Part shown: positions 50,327-63,160 of the stretch, piece after piece
How the letters are laid out: the number at the start of each line of letters is the position of its first letter
How positions within the stretch are numbered: position 1 is the first letter of the stretch
From: Lepidodermella squamata
Taxonomy: Eukaryota > Animalia > Gastrotricha
Length of the DNA stretch: 64,000 nt
NCBI GenBank assembly: GCA_047495785.1
Contig: JBLDXI010000019.1
Span: forward strand, 2,790,001-2,854,000
Direction of reading: 5' to 3'
The notes under the pieces: generated by a model
The model's database searches: none
Told to the model about the DNA's origin: nothing
Seen by the model: the letters and a program-made list of their open reading frames with translations, nothing else
Translations under genes and position numbers: made by a program

Positions 50327-51352
50327 ATGGGCAACAGCAAAGGGAAAAATTTACCGCCAACCGTTCGATTTGTGAATACGCAAGGTCAGCAGTATTATTC
50401 GCCGAATAATAACGGCCAAGTTCGCAATCCAAATACGCCCGATGATTACGATGATGACGACGGCGATGAAATGCGGCGGTACCAGGAGACGATGGCGCGA
50501 AAGCGGACGGTCGACTACCCGCCGTACGCGCTGATGGGTGCGCACTACAACCAGCAGTTGGTTGCGCAACAGGAATACGCCATGGGATATCCGCAACGAG
50601 GCGCGCTAAGTTCGATTCCAAATGGCGACTATGCTCAACAGGTTTGATTACATTAACTAATTAAAATATTTGCATAAAAAAATTAAATAGCAAATAATTA
50701 TGCGACTTATTTGAAAGTTTGCATTAAGCGAATACTTCGAATTTTTATTCATAAATTATGGGTACAATATTGTTAATTTTAAAATGTTGAAAATGTCAGA
50801 ATTCTCAAATCAAACAAAGTTGAAAAAAAATTAAAGTAAAATTTTGAAATTTGAAATTAAAATGGGAAATGAAATATTTCCTAATTTAGAGGATTTATCT
50901 GTGACATTTATTTTTCAAATTAGGTGCAAAATTACTACGCGAATTTGTACAAAGCAATGGGGCAGCAACCACCGATGAACTATCCGGCGGCTGGATATCC
51001 GGGTTACGGCTACGGTGCGATGCCTTACGGTGCGAATCCTTACGCAATGATGGGAGGCATGGGTGGTATGGGTGGCATGCTACCGGGCGGTATGATGATG
51101 AACGGCGGAAAGCCTATCGGCGACGGCTCAATGGTAAACTATTCGAACACGAGAACTTTAACTATCAGTAATTGACATTAATTCATCAATTCGTTTTCTC
51201 AATAGGTCATGTACGAAACAGCAGATCCTTACGATGACCCGCTTCAGAAGCCACACTGGCACCGGCGAAACCGGCCTGAAAGCGGCTACGCTGTTAACAT
51301 CGTCAAAATGAACCCAGCCGGAACTATGCAAGAGAGGCCGAATCAGTTTTAA
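50327..51352 (+). CDS. Low-complexity Gln/Tyr/Gly/Met-rich protein, 3 coding exons
   Basis: Approximate exons 50327-50641, 50924-51133, 51206-51352; MGNSKGK N-terminus; GYPGYGYGAMPYG...GGMGGMGGM. Confidence 0.75.
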
Positions 51353-51615
51353 CATCATATTATTTTTATTCCCTTTTATGAGTTCTTAATTTGAATATAT
51401 AGAATATATAGAGTTTTCATGATGAATATCTGAACTCTCGAAAAATGTATAAAAATTTTGTTTTTATTCGTAACTGTCGCATTTTAACGTAACATCCAAT
51501 AGAAGAGGGTATGGGACAAAACTTAAGAATCACTCAAAGCTCGTAACTAAAGGTTATTGAAAAGATAAACCATCTATCCTGTTGAGTTAAATTCTTGCCA
51601 AACAAAGTTTTCCTA

Positions 51616-54600
51616 CTACGGTAACTTGGCGCGCCACGGCCGAGCATTGAACATGTTGCTGTAGAGCTGCTTTCCTTGTGGGACAGGCCCGAGGGGTAGA
51701 GGTTTCTGTTGGCCGAACATCAACACCGGCTGTTTCGCCGGGATCCCCATCTCCATAAGGGGAGCTTTCGCCTTAGGCATCGGCATAGTTGTAAGCTTCG
51801 GCATAGTTATAGGCATTGGCATCGGCATTTGCATGACGGGGGGCTTGTACAAAGCATTTCTCTGCGAAACCTTGCTGAACGTGTTATCGTAGTACGGGTT
51901 GTTCTTGTCCCACTTGTCAAGCGTCAACCCAACAGGGGTAGAAGCCCTTCTCAACTCTTCATCGTGTTCCGGTTCAGGATCGATCTTTTCTTGAGCAGCT
52001 TTCTTTCGACACAAGAAATAGCAAGCTACGCCGACTATGATAGCTAAAGCAACAGCTCCGCCAACAGACCCGCCGATGATGATTGCAAGGTCTGGTGATG
52101 AGTTTGAAGCGACCGTGCTGTTACCTGTCGCAGTAGCTGAGAGGTCTTCACTGGGGCACGGGCTGACAGTTGGCAGGCACGATGAAAAGAACATCTCTCC
52201 GCCTATCTCAGCCAACATCATTGACATGAAATCAGGATCGGCCATAGCTGCTTGAAAGTCACTTTGCCCAATTGAAGCTGGCTCGGTTGCAGCTCGTTTC
52301 CGACGCTTCGCATTCACCGTACCGCCTGCATCGCAAAACTTCTTAGTTGCCGTTGTGCTGATTACGTAGGTGATCCTGAAACAGCATCCCTTCTCAGTTT
52401 TCGACGTGTTGGCGTAGTTCGAATCTATGATATCATCAGTGCTGCTGTAGTTGAGGTTCACCGCTTGCTTCTTTGTGTATCCAGGACAGCATATCGAGTA
52501 GTTGGCGGCACAAGCTGAATTCAGTTTCTTGGCGACATTACTTTTGATGATTCGGCGGATCTTCATGTAGTCATCAATCTTAGGCACAGGCTTGTAGAGC
52601 AGATCGACACCCTTCGACTGTTCATCACTTGATGCCGAACAGCGATTCGGGTTGTCGCATTGTTGGTACTCTTTGGACCCGTCAGATTTCAGTCGCCATT
52701 GAACTCCGATGCTGCAAGTCGATGAGCAGGCGGACCACGATGAGTTTGAGAGACTGCTCGAAGGTGCGAACCAAGCGTTTAGATATCGATCGCCTTCTGT
52801 TAGTTTATCAGCGGTAACCGATGCCAAATCGGCGATGGAGACTAGAACGAATGCGGGGGATGTTGTTGTTGTTGAATTCGAAGTTTTAGCTTTTGTTGTA
52901 GTAGGTTGATTTGTCGCTTGGTTACCCGCCGTGGTTTGAGTGCTTTGCAGCTGCGTTGTTGCTGATTGATTCGTGTCAACGCTTGTCGAAACTCCCACAG
53001 ATACAACACTCGACTGCGGGGCTGCCGAAGCCGTGGATGCTAACCCAGAAATAGAAGAACTCGGCGTTGCGGCTGCTGAAGTAGCTGTAGTGATTGAAGC
53101 TGACGTAGCTTGGCTCGAAGTTGATTCGGAAGCACGTATCGTCCCTGAATTTGTTGAACTTGTAACTGATGTCGGTGCCGCAGTCGATGTAGATTCTGAC
53201 ATGGATACAACTGAGGTCGATGTCGTTGAAGGAGAGTGAGTGCTTGTAGAAGTTGACTGCTCGGTTAGAGTTGAGCTTTCGGTTATAGTCGGTGTCATCG
53301 TAGTCGAAACATCAGACGAGGTGCTATCTGTTAGCGTGGTAGTTATCGTCGATGTTGAATCTTCAGCTGTAGAAAAAGTTGTATCACTCCCAGTAGTACC
53401 AGTAGACGAATCTACCGAAAAGTGGTTCTTTCTTCATCACGTTACTTATCATTAAGCGATATTTTACCGGTAATTGTGGATTCTGGGGTAGTTTCCGAGG
53501 TTGTTTCTTCTAGAAAATTCATCACTACAGCGAACTAGGTTTCAGTTTAATATTTCTTACCAGTAGTTGTTTCTTCACTTGTAGTCGTAGTTTCAGGCTC
53601 GGCTGAGCTCGTATCTAAACATATTCCAAAATAACGTTGGAAACAGCTCAATGAAACAACGATTACCGATGGTCTGTGTTTCAGTAGTTGTCTCAGTGGT
53701 AGATGTTGACGGTAATTCCGTAGTTGAAGTAGAGTCTGAAAGAATCGCCTTAGATAGTGAACAAAAATTCAAAAAAATATTCAAACCACTCGTCGTATCT
53801 TCCAAGGTTGTAGTAGTCTCTCCAGCTGTTGTTGTTTCAGTAGTATCAACAGAGCTTGTGTCTACACAAAAGGAAACCTTTCAAACCTTAAATAGTACAT
53901 TTAACCGACTTTACCACTTGTAGTCGTTTCTTCAGTTGTAGTCGTTTCAGTAGACTCAGAAAGAGTCGTAGATTCAGTAGGAGACAGCTGCCAAAAGTCG
54001 AATCTTGTAAGTCGGATATTTCCTAAATAAGGAAAATACAGGCGTGAAGGGATTTTACTCAGCTCAAAATGCACCCAAGCCGCCGTTATCAGCAAGCCAT
54101 CTAGCCTTAGCTGATCCGGAAGCGATTGCCGCCCCAGCTCCAGGGAGATAATACTCGTCGAAACATATCAAGGCTGGGTCTGCCGGGTTGAACGGTAAAG
54201 GAGCAATGGCCACCTGGAATGAATTAGGAACGAGTTACTGATTGATACACTCACAATGCACCACAAGGTGCACCGTGCAGCTAAACTCCCAAATAACCTA
54301 CTATCGATAATTAATTCGTCAACAGATTTGACATAGAATGTACTTGACATTTTTTTGTCTTTTTTGATCTTGGCACCACCTACACCCCCTCACTTTTCTT
54401 CCTCGCATTGTCGCGAATTGTCGCGAAATCAATAGTGAAAGGTATAACGCACTGTCAAAGAGTCATAGCTCAGCTGAATGAATAATCGAAAGGAGGCGTC
54501 GCCTGCAGGGGTTGAGAAAAGGTCTGGTGAATCGCATCGTGGGTTTGATATTACGTCCATTGATAGCATTCGAACTTCCCCAGTGGCCCCACTAGTCACC

Positions 54601-55329
54601 GAAGCCATGACCCGGCCGTTGTAGCTTAACTCAATCCAAACAGCCAGACCTGTTAGTCCATTAGGGGTTAGCTCTGTTGGACCTGAATCAAAGTAACTCT
54701 TCATGAACACGTATGAGAGTTGAATAAATCTCTTGTTTACCGAATGTATTTCCGTATTCGGTCGAGGATAAACTGAACCCAACGAGACCGGTGGATGATG
54801 CGTCGTAGATATACGTTGAACTGAGGTCCATTTCAACTCTGAAATTGCTATCCGTGCTATCCAAAAACTGAATAACATTGACTACATTTAGGTACTTCAA
54901 AAAGTATTGTGCTTCCATCGATTCAAGCTCAGAAAAAGGAATATTTCAATGAAAAAAGCTAAAACATTCTCATGTTACGTGAGATTTCGGAAAAGAAAAA
55001 CCGTTGGAAAATTAGGAAAATTTACTGTGTAGTAATGAAGTCGTCCATTTTCGTATCCAACATTCGAACTAGTTATTTCGATGACCGAATCATTGTGAGA
55101 TGACACTTCGTATGTGCTGAAAGTCGAGGAATTCGAACTGGCTGCTGTGAACGATGCACCAACTCTATAGGTAACTGGACCCGAGTAAAGTGCGGGCAGT
55201 GGGAGCGATGACGAACTGACGACTTGCCCCAGGGCTAAGGAAAAGGCATTTATCTATGATTTTCTGAATGATAACGTCGAGCTTACCCAATTGTGGCAAG
55301 ATTGCCAGAGCTAGAAGGAGTTTAAGCAT
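51616..55329 (-). CDS. Type I membrane mucin-like protein A (signal peptide, N-terminal beta domain, Ser/Thr stalk, TSP1-like and Cys-rich module, furin site, TM, NPxY tail)
   Basis: MLKLLLALAILPQL start; many ~50-nt introns; terminal exon with WSACSSTCSIGVQWR, RRKR, IIIGGSVGGAVALAIIVGVACYFLC, RRAST, NPYY. Confidence 0.8.
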
Positions 55330-56891
55330 TTTGATTTGTAAAACATGTTCAACGCATTATGTGGCATCTCTACCAGCAAAATAAGGTAGGTGGCTTGTTT
55401 CCCCCGTGCTGCTGAATTATTCAGAGGGCTGCGATCTAGAGTTTTCAGATGCATATGAAAGTATCGCTAATGGCTAACAGCCGTTGTTTGTTTCCTGAGG
55501 TTGCGAAAATAGAACCAAGGCTCGTGTCCAAAATCGAAAATTGCGTAGGGCCTATTGCTCGGACTATGATAGAACTTCATCTTAGGAAAACATGTCCAAA
55601 ATATTGATTTGAAGTCGTATTCGCATATCCAGGATCCAGGAGGTTCGGGCCCTCGTATCTCAGTCTTAATGAATGTTCTTAGATATTAAATTTCGTTGCC
55701 CAGCCCTCACAGCCTGTACTCTTAGGAAGGCATTTACGCTATAAGGCCAACTCAGCACTCATAACACCTTTCGAGTGAATAAGCCCAGACATCACTGACG
55801 TGTGAAGGCGGGGTTGCTAATGTGCGATTTGTCGCGATGAACTTACGCCTTAGCGAGGGACCAAGAACTCGTTCAAGAACAAGCGGCAGTTGTACGCACT
55901 GACAATTCGAGCTTGTCGTTGGACTTATTGAAGACCGAATTTTACTTATTATTTGAAACATTCCAATGCGGCAGAATGTTGTCTTCTGACGAATTCCGTT
56001 CATAAACGGATTAATAATTGTGACTTTGTGGTGGGCTTTGTGCGTAAGCTGTGCGTAGTCAAGACGGGCAGGCCGATTGAAAATTGAACGTGGATTCCCT
56101 GTCGGGGAAACATCAAAACTTGACCAGGCACTACTCTATGATATTTTATTGAGAATGAATCGAACAATGATCATTGGAATTCAAGGCCTTATATAAGCGA
56201 TACAAAGTCGAACACGCGATCACTTCCTAATTAGCTATCACATGAGACGCCCAATATTGTTCTTCGTCATTGCGTAGATGCCAGCCGCCAACTGGCACAT
56301 AGCGCCCCAGCCTGCCGAAAAATGAAATACGACATGTAATGAAACTGAAAACGACTGATAGCATCACCGCAATAAGCTTTATTTTCAGGTATTAAAACCG
56401 TCACAAATGCGTTGAAATTTTTTGTCGTTGAAATTAACAAAGAATAAATGAGTAATAAGATCAATAAAAGTTACAAATATAGCATTCGTTTCAAAAATAT
56501 AGATCGAGTACATGTGCTCATGCAATATTTTTTGATACAGCACTCGTAAATCGTCTATATCTGAACTCGCCGTACTCGATTTGCTCATCTCCACTCGTCT
56601 TCGACTCGTTCCGAATCGTAAATCTCGGCCGGCTCCGTTCAGATATAGACTCTTTACTCGTGCTATATCAGACTAATATAAGTTACATGCACTTGGTAGT
56701 AGCAAGAGTAGAAAGAGGAATAGGTTCTAAGTGGAATATAATAAATTAATGGATCTAACAGTCCACTATAATGTTACATGTTACAGAAACTTTAAATCTC
56801 AAGGTTACAATAATTGTATAATAGAAAGCAGAATATGAGAAAATGTCGAATTAACAAGTTGTAGTTATAACAGCATAAGTATGACTTCGAA

Positions 56892-59800
56892 CTACTTGAA
56901 CTTCCTTCCCTGCGTTTTCGCATTGAACATGTTGCTTGCTGGCTGCATTTGCGGGACAGCTCCGATTGGCGGGAGCAGCTTTTGCTGACCGACTGGAAAT
57001 TTTTGCTGTGGAGCCAGGAATGCTGGCTGCTTAGACGCCTGCATAGTCATTTGCATTCCCTGAGCTTGCATCAAGGCTTTGCTTTTCGACGCCTGCGCAA
57101 ACGTTTGGTCGTAGTAGGGATTTTTCTTTTCCCAATTACCGAGAGTAGCCCCAACAGGCGTCGAAGGCCTGCGAAACTGGGATTCGGCTGAATTCGGTTT
57201 TTCGGCATGAACAGGGGTCTTCTTCTTGCAACAGCAATAAAGGACTACGCCAAAAATAACAGTAGCAACAATCCCACCAATAACTCCGCCAATAATGTAG
57301 CCAAGATTCGGGTTACCAGTAGCTTCGGAGGTACTATTGCCAGTAGATGCTGCTCCTTTGTAGGCTGAAGAAGCTGCATCCTCGCTGCTGCAAGGATTCA
57401 CAGTTGGCAGGCAAGTGGAAAACTCCAGAGGGCTGCCTATCTCAGCCAGCATCATGGAGGCCATATCAGGCTGACTTATAGCGGATTGGAAATCGTTTTG
57501 ACCGATCGATGATGGCTCGGTTGCCGCTCTTTTCCGACGCTTCGCATTCAACGATCCACCTGCATCGCAGAACTTCTTTGTAGCTGTCTGACTGATGACG
57601 AAGGTGATTCTGAAACAACAGCCCTTCTCAGTTTTTGAGGTATTCGCGTAGTTGGAATCGATGATATCATCAGTGTTGCTGTAGTTCAGGTTCACATTTT
57701 GCTTCTTCGTGTAGCCAGGACAGCAAATCGAGTAGTTGGCAGCACAAACAGAGTTCAGTTTCCTGGCGACATTGCTCTTGATGATTCGTCGTATCTTCAG
57801 GTACTCGTCAACCTTAGGCACAGGTTTGTAGAGCAGATCGACACCCTTCACTTGCTCATCAGTTGAGCCCGAACAGCGGGTAGGGTTATCGCATTGTTGG
57901 TACTCTTTTGACCCGTCAGCTTTCAGTCGCCATTGAACTCCGATGCTGCATGTCGATGAGCAGCCTGACCACAGTGTGCTTGATAAGCCAGACTGCGGTG
58001 GTACCCAGGCTGTGAGATAGCGATCTCCCTCGCTTAGTTTGTCAGCAGAAATCGATGTCAAATTGCTGATAGACACCAGGGCAGCTTGAGTTGCTGCTGT
58101 TGCCGCCACAGAATTGACTTTTGAAGTAGTTTTGTCCGCATTTGTGCTAGTTGCTTGGTTACTGGCAGTAACGTCAGACTTTGCCGGAGCTGTGGATAGT
58201 GTTGTACTCGCTCCAGCTGGTGCATTCGAAGTTTTGATGTCACTGGAAGTCGACGCAGATGCGATCGATGAAGAGGTCGATGCCGCCAGAGCAGCAGAAG
58301 AGCTTTTCACTGCTGTCGTGGTTGCGGTGACACTTGTTGATGGAGACGAGGGAGCAACCGTTGACGTTACTGTCCGCAAAGTCGATGTGGTCGGAGAAGT
58401 CTGACTTGAAGGCTGAGTAGAGGACGCTGTTGCTGTTGTAGTTGTTGTTCTTGTAGTTGTTGAAGTTGGTAGCGGAGTCTGGCTAGAAGTGGGCGGCTCA
58501 CTAGCAGTTGACATCACAGAATTTGTCGAACTCGATCGAGTTGATGAAGTAGAAAGAGTCGTTGTCGGTATTGGCGTAGTTGTTAAAGGCTTAGTAGACG
58601 TCTGGCTGGAAGTGGTAGTAGGCATCGCAGTATTGGTCGAACTCGAACGGGTTGATGAGGTCGAAAAAGAAGTTGTTGAGATTGCTGTGGTTGTGCTATA
58701 GCTAGTAGTTGTCGACTCATCAATACTCCAGAAGAGCATATTTCGAGCTGTCACAGTTCCTAATCGGATGAATAAAACTTTCGAAAAACAGTACAGAGTT
58801 CACAACCGTTACTGACCTGCTAGCCCCCAGGATGCGTAGATTCGAAACTTGGCTAATCCACCGCTGGAAATATCGGCGATCCCGGGGACAGAAAAGCTGT
58901 AAAGACACACCGAGGCCGCTCCGAGACAGTTCGCGTTTATAGGCGACATTACCACCTAAACATATGAGCATAATTCGACTACTGAGTCTGAAGTGAATTG
59001 AATTTCTCACTGTTATCAAATCGTTGAACTGCTGCACAATCAGCCTGAACTGGGAAATGCCAGAAAGCGGAAATAGCTGACTACAGACTGATGAGTCGTA
59101 AACGGCGTCGTTAGGTAGCGTAGCGTTCACTGCTGTTGATACGTAAAAACGTCCGAATGGTTTGATTTCTTGGAACAACGCCACGCCAGTCATGAACTTG
59201 TAATTCATTGGACGTTCGCCGCCTTCAGAAAGAGAGAACGTATAATGCCAAGGCCCGAAACCAATGAAGACGGGAAGTACGAGGGGGAATGAGGGGTATC
59301 GTACCCTTCAGTTCGGCAGGCCAAAGTTCAACCCCCTAAAAACCACAAGGGGGGCCCTTTGGTCATAAAATTAGGGCCGAAAATACCGCCTACTTCTCGC
59401 ACCGACTTGGCTGCTTTGACAAGGATTTTGACTCGGGCTACACTGTATGCCAATGGGTAATAGTGTAAACAAGAGGAATACTCACCCCAAGCTGAACCGG
59501 TCGATGACAAAACAAAACCGAACCAAGTTGGATAGGCATAATATGTCTTGTACGATGTTGCGATATCAGCCTCAATGCGCCAGTTTCGTTTGTTGATCTC
59601 CTGCAAGTAGCAATTTTCACTATTCGTTTCAGTAATACTTTTAATTCGGAAACTAACTGGCAGCGACAACCAGCCTTGCGTATCATCATCAGAACTTGTG
59701 AGCTGGTAACCAGACAGCGTTAGCGCAGCATTATACTGCGTATCCACAATAGCTGTTGCGCTTGTAGAGCTTGTCACATCAAAGGAGAACCTGGGCACAT

Positions 59801-61172
59801 ACGAAGCCGTACCGCCGCTCGGCAGTGCCAGAGAAACAGTGTCAGGGGTAGGAGTCGAGCTCCTTGAAGCTGGATAATTCCAAAGTGGTTATATCTAGTT
59901 AATCAGAAACATGTTTCATTACTGTTAGCCGCCGTGCAAGCGAAAGCTGTTGTTGACGTAGATGCTGGCGTTGTCGGGTTATAGTTAGCCGAAAGCTTCC
60001 AAGCGTCATGTCGCAATAGGCTAAGGGTAGCTATATAAGGAAATTCAGATTTCGCATGAAAATTAGAGATAGCAAGTCTAACCTAGATTTCCGCTGTTCC
60101 CTACCCATCGCAGCCTCAACTGACTGCTGTTAGCGATAAAATCCCGAAGACCCGGCGTGTATACTTCAGCGAAGCAAGTCTTAACGGTGGTCGAGCCATT
60201 AGCTGGCAATGGAGCCAGAGCGACCTGTTCGAAACGTTCAGGCGTAGTTTTTTTCAGGAAATCAACCAACCGTAAGTAGGTCATTGCTTAGTTGGGTGAA
60301 AATTCGGAAAGATGACGTGCCGGCGTTCGCATTGAAAATTGCAGTTGAGCCACAAGCTGGACTTGAAGTTGCGATAGTTGCTGACAAGGGAACTTTACCA
60401 ATGCCTGAGGACGATAGCGAGGCATACATGCGTCCACCTGAACCGAGCTCCAACCACCAGCTGAATCCTGTCAGTCCAGGGTACATTATTTCCATTTTCG
60501 TCGTAGCGTTTCCTATGGATTAATAATATCAATGCATAAATTATAACAGCAACTTTCTAACTTTTCAGTTTTTCATGATTCCTACCTGTCATGTTAAAAA
60601 CTGTCGACGAAAGTGAGTAGCCAAATACAGAAATTGCTGACGAGTTGGCGGTATATGTGACAGATACATCTATTTCTGATCGGAAATCGTTAAGATCCTG
60701 GGGCCAGTACTAAAAAGGGAAAATATGAAGCTGTCAGTTAATAACAATCAGCCATGCAAACGTTATCGTGGACGAGCCTTCCGATGTTCAATGATCCGCT
60801 CATAAGTTCAATCCCATTCGAGGATTTGAACGAGGAAACTGTAACAGTGACAAAATCTTTCACGGCAGCAGTCGATGCCAAAAAGGAAATTTCCGGTCTG
60901 TATGTGACCGGTCCATTGCTGAGATATGGCAACTTTAGAGAAGCGGTATCAGGATCGACTGGTTGAACTAATTAGAACTTTCAACATTAGATTAAGCTAT
61001 TTTCATGGGAAATACCAGTTGTTGTTGATGGCTGTGATAGCGTGGTCGTATCCGAAACCTGCGAGATACCTGCAAGAGAAATCTTGAAGATCATGTAGAT
61101 CAAAGAAGTATTTCTTTTAAAACCTGTTCTCAGCAAGCTGAGGAGTATAAAACTTCGAAGCATTTCACCCAT
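56892..61172 (-). CDS. Type I membrane mucin-like protein B (paralog of A, with two N-terminal domains)
   Basis: MLRSFILLSLL signal; GPVTYRP and SFRIFTQLSNDLLT match A; second divergent copy ...FRLIVQQFNDLIT; membrane-proximal region nearly identical to A. Confidence 0.78.
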
Positions 61173-63128
61173 TAATTTCTCAAAAAATGCTCACAAGCTC
61201 GAGAGGCGAACAATGCTCGTCAATAATTAATTCAGCTTAATGGATTGTTTTGCTCTTGTGGTGGGAATGACTTTTATTGTTATGACGGGTTTTGAAGCTC
61301 AAACTATTTTCATCGGAATTGAACTGTCGTTAGACATAAAGATGTCAGGAATGGCAGTTGGAGGAAGACTAAAAGGTGTTTAGTTATTCAATAACAACGT
61401 GCGAGCTAATCTAGGCAGCGGAACCCAAGCTACATAGTTGCCGATCGATATTGACTTTGATCTTTTATGGACAATAATGCACTTGAAGCTTTCAAGGGAG
61501 TCTGCGATCTGCCGCCGAAGTCCGAGACAAAGTCACCTCCGTGCGTTATCGTTTTCGTCTCGGTTGAGCAGTGTGAAGATGCTTTGGAGAACGGTATAAA
61601 GTACCGGAGTTAATAGCCGTTAAGGTATAAGAGCTGAGGGTCAAGATTCTACCCTTGACGTGTCATCGCTGATCCTATCACTATCAAACGCCGCTGTTGT
61701 TTCTAGAAAAATGTTAATGTGTGCTTGAAAACAGGATCTGCAGAGGACCTCCTGCTCAGTGGTGCTCGTGGGGGTTCAGCTATTTTGGTTCGGGAGGACG
61801 CTCTCGTGGTCGCCGAGCCTCTATGATGTCTCTATGATCAGCAGCAAGCTCAGCTGGCTTCGCTTTAATCTCATTCCGTCAGCCCATAGCCCATAGCCCG
61901 GTTCGTCGCTTGTTACTGCCCTTCCTCGTCTTCCCAGGACCTTCCTTTCTTAGAGTCCGAGTTCACCCTCTGCCGCTGGTATGTCGCGTATTTTGTGGCG
62001 ATCATAATGTGTCACCTTTGTGGGGCCGTGATTAATGGAATTCCAACGGTTGTTTTCCTTATAGTATTTCCGAAGCCTCATCAGCTGCGGTTGTCTCAAA
62101 CCTGAGCGCTACGTGGAAGCCCTGCAGGCCAAGCTCCGTCACCGCGAGGTGTATGCCCGCCTGCGTCGCCTCGATAAACGTCACCAGCCCTAGTCTATAG
62201 CCTAAATCAAGCTTGACGATGGGCACACAAGTCCACTTTTACCCTCTGATTTCGCAATCATTGTTGGCGTCGCGCACGGAGCTAAGTGGGGTCCGGAATT
62301 GAGCCTTTATGATCACTTGCAAATGAGAAACTATTTCAGTTGATTACTATCTTACCAGTTATGCCGCCCATCACTGTCGGCATTTCCAACTCAACGGCAG
62401 AGCTGCTCAATCGGGTTTGCTTCTCGACTGCAAGCCGTTCTTACTGAGCGACGCCAAGCTTAAACTGCGGTGCAAACATGGGTCAACGGGTCGATTGTTG
62501 ACCATCGCTTCGGCCTCATCACTTGGACTCGCAATCTGCGAGATCGGCGCCGCTAGTGATTCAGGTAACGTAGCTTTTTGATCGAATTACCGTATTTGTT
62601 CCAATAATAGCCCATTCACTAATAGTTGCTCATGTCAAGGCATCAGGGTCAAACAAATCGTCCATCTCTAACAATCGCCCGGGCTATTGCACATGCTTGC
62701 TAGGTGTCGCGCGCCCCTATGCAGTCGCGTGCTTTTGTGCGGTATACCCTATGCGGTATAAAATTTAACAAACTTTTGAGAAACTTGCAGTTGGTAAAAG
62801 ACGAAATGGGGCCGAATTTTGTTTTGAAGGGGTCTGTTGGGTGGCTCTGACCAAATAAAACCGAGGTGAGAGCGTCTAACGATTCGCCCATCTCTAATAA
62901 TCGCTTATCTCTATTAGTAGCCCACTTTTTAGGACTTTTTTAGTTAGGGGTTGAAAATTTAGTAGCCCGGGCCGCTATTGGAACACCGGAACAAATACGG
63001 TAATGATTTTTGCATGACTTGAAACTGTTTTGATGGTCAAATTCGATTATTGGCTGGAGCTCGTTTGCAGACTCCTGATGCTGCCTTCTACACAACAGAC
63101 AGCGTGCCCCAGGCCCAGTCACTGGGTT

Positions 63129-63160
63129 TCAACTCAACTCAACTCAACTTTATTTTGACC
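63129..63160 (-). repeat. Probable LINE/SINE 3' tail: AATAAA followed by (GTTGA)n
   Basis: Plus strand tcaactcaactcaactcaactttatttt reads AAATAAAGTTGAGTTGAGTTGAGTTGA on the minus strand. Confidence 0.5.

Noticed and set aside
55450-56700. Possible gene between the two mucins
   Set aside because: Exon-like patches, but I could not build a consistent spliced frame or recognise a motif
51709-58701. Plus-strand Val-rich ORFs
   Set aside because: Antisense shadows of the Ser/Thr-rich mucin exons
61300-62580. GC-balanced coding-like stretch (possible decayed retroelement or gene)
   Set aside because: Stops in the frames I examined, no ORF in the track, and no recognisable motif; left unannotated
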